Assembly: GCA_965112155.1 (NCBI GenBank)
Contig: OZ218101.1
Length of the DNA: 64,000 nt
Source: Podarcis liolepis
Lineage: Eukaryota
Direction: 5' to 3' (one strand)
Part shown: positions 13,603 through 24,375 of the stretch, in pieces
How the letters are laid out: every line of letters begins with the position of its first letter
Position numbering within the stretch: the first letter of the stretch is position 1
The notes under the pieces: model-generated
The model's database searches: none
The model's input: only the letters and a program-made list of their open reading frames with translations
What the model was told of the DNA's origin: nothing
Made by a program: the position numbers and the translations under genes

Positions 13603-13649
13603 CTTCCCACTGTGCACAGATAAACCAAGAATTGGCAAGTTCATAGTTA
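13603..13649 (-). CDS. MTUS2: Putative alternative MTUS2 exon (NYELANSWFICAQWE), 47 nt, phase 2 to 1
   Basis: Acceptor tttcatcttcttatttttaag|T, donor GAAG|gtaatt. Restores phase 1, which the next canonical MTUS2 exon should require. Confidence 0.55.
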
Positions 13650-14259
13650 CTTAAAAATAAGAAGATGAAAATGATCATAATAATAATGATGATGATGACG
13701 ATGAAAGACAGAAAGCAGCTGGAAGAGCGCTGGAATTTTATTATGTTCATGCTTTCATTTACTATTTTCATGCTCATTAGGGCTTTTTTGTAAGATAATG
13801 TAAGATTCTGGCTACTGAAAAATCTTCAGAGGTTAAATGAGGATGCTGATTAGGAATAGCTGAAGAATGTCAGCAAAGGAAGACAATATTCATCAAAATC
13901 AGAGGTGATAATTCTTCATGAATAAAAAAATAGTTTATACATTAAGGTGTATAGGATGTTAATCTGGCCCTGCAGGCCCAAAGAACTGCTGGATTCAGCA
14001 AACCTTAGGATAGTCTTGAGGATCTAATATGGATAGGAGCAGTGGCACAAATGATTTGCTCTGTATAACCTTTGTCTGCAGAGACACTGACTGGCTAAGG
14101 GGCAGTGTCCCATGCAATCCAGGTCCAACATGCAGATAAGCGTACTGTTAACGATATGGATGTAATCTAATATTGGTGTGATGGGGAGCCTGTGGCCCCC
14201 TCAAATGCTGTTGGGTTGCGTGTCCCACCACCTCTGATCATAATGGCCAGGACTGATGG

Positions 14260-15000
14260 GAAACCAACAACAGCTTCTCCATCCTTGGAACAGTGGCCAG
14301 ATCTGTTTTCTCTGGGGAAAGATGCAGTTGTTGCCCCAACTGAAACTGAACAAAAGTTATTCCTAGCTACAACAGTCACCTGGCCATCCAAAAGCAATGT
14401 TGGATTCAGGAGCACCCCTCTCCCAAACTGGTCCTTCAGGGACAGAGCAGCAGGCAGTATTTCCAATCCCTGATACCATTTCAAATGAATACTTCTGACT
14501 CGAGAAAACCTGAAATTGTTAACCTACATTTAATCCATAACTGTGCCCAGACACGGGTTCAAGATCTCCATAGCTTTATTGACTACCAGCTGCAAATGAG
14601 AGAGAACTCAGTGCCATCGCCATATTGAAAGCACCATATTCCAAAACTCTGGATGAAATCTCCTAGCAATTTTATGTAGGTGTTAGAATACAGAATGAGG
14701 GACAAAACAGGAGCACAAACAGTCACCATCTTCTGGGAACATTTAAGTAGATAGGACTGGAGTCACCAAAAATAGTGCCTGCAATTCCCATAGCAGCAAG
14801 AGTCCCAGGAGGAAACCATAGCTGATGGTGGTATTAAAGCTGCTGAGCAGTACAGCAGAACCAACAGGGATACACTCCCCATTACCTAGTTCCTGGTGCA
14901 GGTCATCCACCCAGGTGACCAAAACCCAGTCTGACCTGAGTTTGGAAAGTATCTGAATAACCAGTCTCATCCAAGAAAGCCTCGAGTTGAGTTGCCACCA
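14260..15000 (-). mobile_element. Old L2 internal (RT-region) fragment
   Basis: Degenerate reverse-strand translation (LSLKDQ..GVLLNP, VWMTCT/DDLHQE, LLLLSSFNTTI) of L2 ORF2 type. Confidence 0.55.
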
Positions 15001-15440
15001 CTATTATTCCTCTGTTGTCCTTTGCTGACACTGCATTTCAACAAACCATTTAATTTCTTGCCTTTGCTATTTTGAGTGTGTGGTCCTTGTTATAGGCTTA
15101 GGCTTACCAGTGTTAGAAACTCAGGTAAGCTAATCGCCAAACGGCACCTTAAACCTAGTTTACAGTCGCCACCATGGAATGTTTAGGCACCATATTTTTC
15201 TTTCAATGAGACTTAATATTATTATTATTCATTTAATTTTTGTACCGCTGTATTTTTTAAGAAAAAAATATCCAGGTGGTTGACAACACATTAAAACATC
15301 CAATAAAACAATCCAGAATAAAACAAATTCAAAGTGCCAGGAAAATATTTAAGATCCTTCTCTAAGGGACATTTTGCTTTCCCCATATTTATTTACCGAC
15401 TTAATTTGTAGAGCTGCCACATCGCAGAAGTACTCTCGGA

Positions 15441-15650
15441 AGCCAGTGTGGTGCAGTGGTTAGTGTCGGACTAGGATCTGGAGGGTCTGGGTTCAAATCC
15501 CCACTCAGTCATGCAGCTCACTGGGTGACCTTGCAGTCAAGTCACAGCCTCTTAACCTACCTTACAGGGTTGTTGTAGAGATTAATTTGAGAGGGGTGAA
15601 CCATGGACTCCTTGAAGAAAAAAGCAGGATATAAATGCAATAAATAAGCT
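15441..15650 (+). mobile_element. MIR/Ther1/Squam3-like SINE
   Basis: gccagtgtggtgcagtggttag...ctgggttcaaatcccc (A and B boxes), ctgggtgaccttg core, aataaataa tail. Confidence 0.8.
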
Positions 15651-16049
15651 CTTGTGTTTACCTGCTTAAGAAAGCTGCAGGGACAGCCAGGCACCAGCCT
15701 GGCATCCAGAGATCTCCATGTGGTCGCAAGTGGACCCATGCCAGTCGGAAAACACACCTGGCGCATGGGGGATTTCAAATACCAGGATGCACTTTTAAAA
15801 CCACATTTAGAGAGAGGGTGAAATATTCTAGGCTTTCCCCCATGAGTTACTAAAACACATTCAAGATCTCCAGGGTCCCCACGACGTCAAACAAATCAAA
15901 GTATAAATAAACCAAAGGCAAAACACTAAAAGAAAAAAGAAAAACACTACTAAGACCTAGATAAGCAACATCCTCCACTATAGTCTAGGAGGGTAATTAA
16001 GAAAGTTCAACAAATAATTTGATTAAATAAACTTCCAGTGTAGGCCTGA

Positions 16050-16530
16050 AGAATGGCAGAGCAAACTTTACATCAAAAGCTCGACAGAACACCAATAGTA
16101 GAACTTTCAAAAATGGGTTATGAAGGCATGTAATTTACTTGGATTTGCATAAAGCTATTGAGGAGGTCACACACAGGGGAGTATTAATGAAAACAAGTAA
16201 TTTTACACTGAAATGGAGAGGCCTCTTGTGGATTAAAAACTGAGAAAAGAAACACCAGGGGGGATTAAATGGTCTTTTGCCATGATGAAAAGAAGCGAAT
16301 ATGTGGGTGCTCTGAATATTAGAGTTGGCCAATGAATTCCGCAATAATCTTGAGTATAAAATAAGAACGATTGAGATAGAATGTGCTGATGACACAAAAA
16401 TAATTTGGGTCAGAGAATACAAGTGAGGACTGAGGAATTCCAGAAGGATCTAATCAAGCAGGGCGGTTGCGCAATAAGATGGCAGAGATAAATTTTAATG
16501 AAGGTAAAGGTAAAAGGCAAATGCTTACGA
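16050..16530 (+). mobile_element. Ancient CR1 RT fragment
   Basis: Remnants of YLDF.KA.., NG....W, ADDTK, LQKDL motifs with many mutations. Confidence 0.6.
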
Positions 16531-17177
16531 GGAGGAATAGTTTCGGTTTCAGCTGTTCAAAGAGACTGATTACCCAGCACATCTCAGCGGAAGAGCCGGT
16601 GCCTGTTGCTTTATAAACTTCAGCAAAGATGGGGGGGGGGATCTGGAAAGTATAAAGCAGAGGTGCAGAAGCTGCAGCTCTCAAAATGCTGCTGAATTCA
16701 GTCTCTCATCAGTCCCAGCCATCATCACCAACGGGCAAGGATGATGGGAGTTGTAGTTAGGGTTGCCACCCATTCCTTTAAAAAACTGGATTGTCTTGTT
16801 TTTGAACAACAGCATCCCCTGACCCATTTGAACTTCAAACAATATGCCTTCTGGCCTGTTTTCAAAGTCATTAAAAAATTAAATCGTTTCCTCCTTTGTG
16901 TGCTCACCCTAAATTGCTTGTCTTGCACAGCCTACCTTCCTAGGCACATCAGAAGTTGAGCCCGCCCTCCAAATCTGGCTGATTTATGCTCCAGGCTAGC
17001 CAATAGAACTCGCCAGTCAGGAGGCTCTTCTGGGTTGGGCTGAGCTCTGGCCAATGGCTTGAAGAGGAGAGCAAAACACTTCAAAGCTAAGTCTCACTGT
17101 GCCTCTTACTATGTGTTTAACTTGTAGTCCAGCAATACCTGGAGGGTCACAAGTTCACTGCCCCTGGAGTACAGGAA

Positions 17178-17355
17178 GAGAGCTATAGGTCAGTAGAAGG
17201 GACATCAGTCCCAGGTTCAATCCCTGGAATCTCCAGGTAGGGCTTGGAAAGACTCCTGATAGAAACCCTGGAGAGCAGCTGGCAGTCAGTGCAGACAATA
17301 TTGAGCTATAAGGTGCAATGGTCAGACTCTATATCAGGCAGGTTCCTGTGTCCCT
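17178..17355 (+). mobile_element. tRNA-derived SINE, second family (Squam2-like)
   Basis: ccaggttcaatccctgg B box, ctggagagc..ctg.cagtcagtgcagacaata..gagcta, tail ggcag.ttcct.tgt. Same family as 31769 and 36913. Confidence 0.7.
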
Positions 17356-18015
17356 AAGAGGCAAAGCACAACCCAGCTTTGCCCTCTCCTCATTGGGCCC
17401 AGCCCCCAAACTGCAGAAGATGCGTCGGAACATCGAAGAAAATGCATGATATGTATCATACTCCCCCCAAAATTGCATGCAGCATATGTGTTAATCCGAC
17501 AATACCTAGCTCACATTTGAAATAGCTGGCAATCAACATTCTTTGCTGTAAACAAAATTTCCACTGGTTAATTAAGATAAAATTGCTATCAGCAACTGTA
17601 ATATTGATTTGTCCTCAGCTACAAAATTAGGAGCCCCTATTCAAACAAATTCCCTCATTTGATTCAATGCGTCACAGTGTTTATCAGGTTTCGTTTCCAA
17701 TATCCCTACTGACATGCAAACGCCTGGAAATCGTGTTGCTGCGTTTCATAAGCAGAGACTAGGCCCATTCAGGGATGCTAGGAATGTCAATAGCTGTTAA
17801 CTACAAAGAGAACCGAGACAGTCTCCTGACTCCCTAGTAATTAAACTGCAAGGGAAAGAAAGCAATCATCAGGAATGAAAAGCTCTGATGAAATGGGGAG
17901 TATGTTATTGTATTCATTTGTTTTATCATTTATTATTTTATTACATCTCTGTGTACTACTATTGTTGACCCTGTAATGAATACACTTTAGAATTAAATGC
18001 AACAATGGCTCTTAC

Positions 18016-18241
18016 CCAGCCAAGGCACCAGCAGGAGGACTGTGATTAGCATCTGATTCACTGTCCCTGTGGAAACCTTCATCATTATCTCCAACGCTGT
18101 TCTGGACTGTTTCCCAACCCTCTGGAGTGGAAGCAGGGGCATAAGGCGCTATAGGGCAGAGGTGGGAAAATTCAGACATGGGTGCTAAATGCATCTCTCC
18201 AGGGCTGTCAGTACTCTGAACTATTTGAACTGTGATAATTC
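18016..18241 (-). CDS. MTUS2: Putative alternative MTUS2 exon (GIITVQIVQSTDSPGEMHLAP...PPAGALAG), 226 nt, phase 1 to 2
   Basis: Acceptor ccatacag|GA, donor GCTGG|gtaaga, no stops in frame, non-repetitive sequence, phase-compatible with the flanking candidate exons. Confidence 0.6.
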
Positions 18242-19641
18242 CTGTATGGTCTGGATGGAGATGGGGGTTGTGTGTGTGTGTGTGTGTGTGTACCTCTGAC
18301 TTTCGCACAGCTGGAATATAATCTACTGTTCAAAGGTAAGAGTAACATCCATTCTCTTGCTCCACCCACTTTTGCTCTGGCCCTGCCCACCCCTGGCATG
18401 TGGCCTCCAGAAAGTTGGTCTTGAGAGAATACAACCCTCAGGCTCAAAAGGTTTCTCACCCCTGCAATAGGAGAAAGTGGGAATCAGCAAAAATCACATG
18501 TTTCCCTTCAGCCAAGTGGAGCTTCTGCTGGGTCAGTGATTCATATTGTATTGAGTGAATATGTTTCCAAACAATAGATGTGGCTATAATATTATCTTCC
18601 TGCTTAGTTACAATCCTCTTTGCTGTTGGCCTCTTGGTATGCTTAGAAACCCTTACCAACAATCTGGAAAATTAGTCAAGGCCGGAGATACAGTAGTGAT
18701 CCTTAAAGCTTATTTTCTGAAACAGGAATTGAAATGCACAAGTCTATCAACCTGCAGACACTCAAAGGCAAGATTCCTGTAAAATACAGAAAGCAACCCC
18801 ATCACTAACCTTTGCCTAATAAGTCTACCCAAAGCAGAGTTATGTTTAACCATTTATTACCCTTCAACATGAGTTACTAAGGAAATGTCTGTATTTCCCA
18901 GTGAGAAAGGAAAATGTGAGCATTCCATTGACATATTCTTGAAAACAACTATAGTCATTTCTGTACCCAGCTATTATGAAGCAGCTATAGTGTCAAACCC
19001 TGATGTCATGAGCCAGTTATTCCATCAGGCTATAATTTGCATCACTAGTTTCAGAGGCAGGAATTTCAGCCTGCCAATATTAAGTTTCTGGTCTCCAAGT
19101 CCACTTACTACCTTACTGCTGAGTTTTGCCGCTCTGTCTTCCATGGAATGCGGCTTCCATGGAACACACAGTTTAAAAACATGTTTCAGCAGGGATATCA
19201 TGTTCTCTGATTTCAGATTTCTTGCTTCCTCTTCCATCTTTGATACTGCAAAATTCAAGGTAAATCTGGGCAAACTTTAAGCGGAAAACTTTGGAACTGA
19301 AAGTTCCGTCACCTAAAGGCATATGCTTTGAGGGCCTAAAAATATTGACAGGGCAATCTTTTGCATGTTTTTTTTTTAAAAAATCATTTAAAATGTTTTT
19401 ATATACCACTTAATATATCAAAATTATTTTTCTTCCCAGTTTAGTGTTAGTAATACTATTGTTAAGTTCTGTCCACAACTAGCACTGTCATCATATGGGA
19501 TCAGTTGTTACATTGTTTTCCTTTTTATATGGTTTCGCTTCTACCCTCCTTTTAAACACTGCTTTTATATTTTAATGTTCAGTATTTTTTTAAAAAAATG
19601 TTCAGTAAATAATAATTGTTACACAGGTGTAAGCCCCATAG

Positions 19642-19884
19642 GTAAAGGCAAAGTGACCCCTGACCATTAGGTCCATTTGTGACCGACTCTGGGGTTGCGG
19701 CGCTCACCTTGCTTTACTGGCTGAGGGAGCCAGCGTACAGCTTCTGGGTCATGTGGCCAGCATGACTAAGCCGCTTCTGGCGAACCAGAGCAGCGCACGG
19801 AAACGCTGTTTACCTTCCCGCCGGAGCGGTACCTATTTATCTACTTGCACTTTAACGTGCTTTCGAACTGCTAGGTTGGCAGGA
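19642..19884 (-). mobile_element. 5'-truncated Sauria SINE (Squam1)
   Basis: gtaaaggcaaag tail, Sauria body, 13-bp TSD gtaagccccatag (19629-19641, 19885-19897). Confidence 0.9.
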
Positions 19885-20214
19885 GTAAGCCCCATAGCAC
19901 ACTTTTATTTGGAAGCAAGTCCCATTGAAATTAGTGTGACATCTGAGTGAACACTGATAGGATTATGCTGTCAGCTTCCCTGATCATAAACTGAATGCTG
20001 CTTGTGCAACCCTCATCATTACATAGCTATCAGCTAGGCAGGGGTAGCCATGTGGTCCTTTCCATATGCTGTTGGACTCCAACTCCCATCAGCCCCAGCC
20101 AACATGGTCAACAGTCAGGGATGCTGAGAGTTGTAGTCAACAAAAACATCTGGAAGGCACAATTCTGGAAGGCTACCCACCAGCTAAGGCAACACTTAAT
20201 TTCTATTTTATCAT

Positions 20215-20348
20215 ATGGTTAGAGCATGGTTCTGATAATGCCAAGGTCGCAAGTTTGGTCCCTGTACAGAACAGTTGCATATTCCTGCGTTGCAGGGGGT
20301 TTAGACTAGATGAGCCTCAGCGTCTCCTCCAGCTCTATGATTCTGTGA
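20215..20348 (+). mobile_element. tRNA-derived SINE with CR1-type tail
   Basis: ggttagagcatgg..ctgataatgccaaggtcgca head, gactagatga...ctctatgattctgtgat tail. Confidence 0.7.
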
Positions 20349-22214
20349 TACGCTTCTAAGAAGTTTAGAACGTAAAGCTTCATTCACTTGGATTTTTGTG
20401 CAATTGTAGGCAGACTTTAAAAATGTAACAGATGGAGTGAGGGGGAGTTTAAAGATTTGCAAAACAACTACTTCATAATGAATATATACATGCCACTTAC
20501 ATTTCTTCAGTTGAATGCTTTCCTTACTGTCCGCAGAAGCATTTTCAAACATTAATGAAAATAAAGGCACAACATAAAACAGTGTGTATATTAGAATCCC
20601 AAGTATCTCGTGCAAAAAAATGCCATCCAAAGCTGTAGCCGCTATCATTATTTCAGCCTCTCGCTCCTAGCTCTGAAGCATCCTGCTGCTACACGCACCT
20701 CATAGGACTTTATAAGCATTTTCTTCCTAGTTAAGCATGTAACTAGGAAATAATCTTCCTAGCAACCTGGATATAAACATACAGCACAAGAAGAATAAGT
20801 TATTAGTAGGCAAGTAAACTTGGTTACCTGCCAGGAAGGAACGTATGAAAAAAATCTGTAGGTAGAAAAATAGAAGGGTTGCTGAAAGGTTTCTTTTGTG
20901 AAATGGGCTGTGTTTTGCCAGGCTCTCACAGTGGACTATAGACTGCTTTCCAGAACATGTACCTGGGTACAGCAAATAAATGTGAGTACAGTTGCCAATT
21001 ATGATCAGGTATTCCGGGTTGCAGTCTAATTCCTACATAGAAATTGTTTCCTTTACAGGAATTTTGCATCACATGAACCAGTCTTATTTAGTTATTCAAA
21101 CTGTCTCAGAGCTACAATTCCCAGAGTTCCGAGGAAAGAGGGATTCACAGATTTTGCACCCCTGGTTTAAAAAGATTGCTGAAAAATAAAAATAAAGATT
21201 TTTATAATGAAAAACTCTCATTTCATCTGTAAGTGGCTCTAGAAGCATTAGAAACATGGAATTTTCATAATTCTGCTCAGAGCTCTGTTTGGCCTAATTG
21301 TTGCAGTACAGTTACTATTGAATAAAACTACTGTCCTCATGCCTTGATTGGACAAACTGCATGGTAGAAACCTGACATGCTCAAAGGATTCATAGCAAGA
21401 ACTAAAAACAGATGGGTGCCCCACAGAGGAAATATAATTCTCCAATTAGATCATGGAAATGTAAACCTAAATGCTGTCAATACGTATTGATTAAGCAAAT
21501 GGATACAAAAAGGGTAGCTGCTCAATGATGGGAAATCCCTGCTCTCTTTGGGGACCGGGGTGCAGGTTTTGCATTAATGATACTGTTTCCAGATGTTGTT
21601 TCTCTTCCCACCATCATCTTTGGGAACAGCTTACAAGATGCTTTTAAGAAAGAGCCTCTGGACAAGTGAGGAATAACTTCCTCTCTGTCTCTGAAGAAAG
21701 CTCAGTATTTAATGTCTTTTGTTTATAATGGGGAGGTGGGAGGGCAGCGGCTGAGCATCTTCAGTGGTGCTGGAAGATACTCCCTGTCTGAAACCCAGGA
21801 AGCTGCTGCCAGTCAGTGTTGACAATACTAGGCTGGATAGTTCAATGATCTGATAAGGCAACTTCATAGCTTTTTACCCTCGTAGGATTACTTTGTGTAC
21901 TTCAGAGTGAAAGTTCTTAAGGTATGGCTTATATTGTCTCTGGAAGCAGCCCAAGACAACTATCTCCTTCCTCCAAAATGATTGGCCTGCAGTAGTTGAC
22001 AAATCACCATTCAGCTGTGATCCAGATTATCAGCGATCATTCATTCACATAGTAACTGGGAATCTCTAGTTGAAGTTCTTTGAGATTTCTACTATCATTT
22101 CATTATCTCACATATTTTACGGAATACTTAAGAAGAGATATCAAACTGTGCTGTTTCTAAGTTGCAGATTTCTATTGCTAGAGAAGTGCAAAAACAGAGA
22201 GAGCCAACAGTTAC

Positions 22215-22329
22215 CCGGAGAGAAGCAAGACTGCTTAGTTTCTTTGCCAGATTGCTGTGGAGATTCGACGGCACATGTAGCAAACAATCCAAGACGGCAG
22301 GTGTTAACCTTTCTGACCAAATTATTCAT
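22215..22329 (-). CDS. MTUS2: Putative alternative first coding exon of an internal-promoter MTUS2 isoform (MNNLVRKVNTCRLGLFATCAVESPQQSGKETKQSCFSP)
   Basis: ATG at 22329, open for 115 nt to donor CCGG|gtaact (phase 1). Joins 18241 to give SPG|IITVQIVQS, resembling a recalled MTUS1 short-isoform N-terminus (SKLCLYSPCA...PGIFT(I/V)Q(L/I)IQSP). Confidence 0.6.
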
Positions 22330-23161
22330 CGTAATGCATTTAAAGTATGTTTAAACATGTTATACGTTTAAAAAAATTAGCAGCAGACTGCTTTCTGGCT
22401 CCCGATTCTATTGTCACAAACCTTTGCAGTGAAAACATTTGAGGAAAATCCCAATCTAACCAAATACCTTGCCTCGACACGAGAGAATTTATTAGCAGCT
22501 TAATATAAGCATTAAAAAGAAAATGAAACATGCTCACATCAAAAGGCAGGCACAGAGCTCGTGAGCCTTTCTGAGGCAATAAGCTTTCCTTAACCTCCAA
22601 TTCTCCTGTTGTGGGAACTGCAAGTCACTCAATATAATAAGAATATAACTGGGTCAATAAAATGGGGTCATCCTTCACTAGTAAGCCTCACAAAGTAAGT
22701 TGTGGAAGAGATTACTGCCACGTTGAGATGGGATTCAATTTAGTTTAAGATTATGATCATAATTCAACCGTATCTTATTTGTTTTCTTTTGTGCTATTTG
22801 AGAAACTTGAGATCTAAAAAATGGAATTCAGTTCATAGGATAATATCGATGATGCGTTTCTACCATGATGCTTTAATAATATCCCTGCAACCTTCAGTGT
22901 GAAAGTCTCTTAAAGCCCTTTAGACACAACCAAATAATAATAGTGTAATTAAAGAACGCTTCCAGTATTGTGTGACCATTGGAGACACTTACAGCAGCCT
23001 TACTGAGCCTGGTGCCCACCAGATATTTGTTGGACTACAACTCCCATCACTGGCAACGCTGCCTGGGGCTGATGGGAGTCCAATAACATCTGGAGGGCAC
23101 CAGGTTGGATAACCCTGCTTTTCTTTAACCCTGGGCCCAGCTATTGTGAGTCCAACAATAC

Positions 23162-24375
23162 TGTCAGGGTCAGGATCAGATTGGCAGGTCCAGACGGAGG
23201 AGGAGGGTCAAATGGCAGGTGCTGAACTGTGAAAATGTGGTTTGGAGGAGACTGAGCTCTCCCTTTTCCACCTTCACATCAGTCACTTTGGAAGGGGAAG
23301 GAGGGATGCTGGCCCTCCCCATGCTCCTGCAGACCAGAGAGCCTCAGTGGAGGCTGGAAGAGCTTTGCTCAGCTGACGGCAAAGAGTGAACAGGAGGTGG
23401 CAGCCATTGAAGGCTGAACATGAGGGTGCAGCCTTCCCAGATGGGAGCAGACCCATGCGCCCGAACCAAGTGTGTGCTTCCAGGTTTGACATTCCCACAA
23501 TGCGAGAGAGTCTTGTAAATGAGCACGCCATGCCTCATCTTTAAAAGCTTGGCAGGAGGGGTGGGGAAATGCTGGGGTATCTTTGTTGCTTGCATCTACT
23601 TCTGAACTTGTTGCACCAGCTCCTGAGCCCCTGAATCATGTCTCCTGAGCTCTGTGTCTACTGCTAAGCCTGTACTGTTATTCAGCTGAATAAAGACATT
23701 GTTGTGAGTTTTGGGGGGTTAACCTGCATGCTGCCCAGGTCCCTTCTAATTCCTGGATCCATCTGGAATGGGGTTAAAATATAATGGAACTATAGGGCTT
23801 ATCCACATTTCCTTTTGTCCTCCCAGGGAAAACCGTTCTTTAGTGCTCAATCAGAGCAAACAGCACGTTTGTTCCAACTCTCAAGCTGAAGAGCAGGTAA
23901 AGAGCAGAAAACCACTCAGCCCTGTGCTTTTTAGGCCTGGGACAAGCAGAAGTGTGGGCAAGTCCTTTGTCAGGCAAATTTCTTTGAGAGAATGACCATA
24001 GTTGCCACCTAAGGACCACCATTAGTATAACAAAAGGAGTAATGATGCCCTCTGGGCAAATGGGTGGGCCTTTTCCCCTCCACACCTGGCTGGCACTTAG
24101 AAGGACAAAAGCCAGAGTGTATGTGAGCTGGGAGAAGGCTGCAGGTGGAAGCTAGAGAGACAGAGCCATGCTTGATTTCTGCTGGAAACTAAGGCTGTGA
24201 CTATGGGAGAAGCAAGACATTTTGGGATGTTAATGCTGTGAGCTCTACCACCTTAGGCTCGGATTGTATATATGTGTAAATAAACCATATATCATAAAGA
24301 CACCACCATCTCCACCATCTCTCATGGCAAGGAAACCAAACATGGGAAAAGCACCTGTAACACCTGAAATTTCAC
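23162..24375 (+). mobile_element. One or two decayed LTR-like segments
   Basis: Starts tgtcagggtcagg, like the 6982 element. AATAAA near 23688 and near 24278 (tatatgtgtaaataaacc). Ends tttcaca. No TSD established. Confidence 0.35.

Noticed and set aside
18885-19280. 131-aa plus-strand ORF
   Set aside because: No recognisable domain or splice context; overlaps a minus-strand exon candidate.
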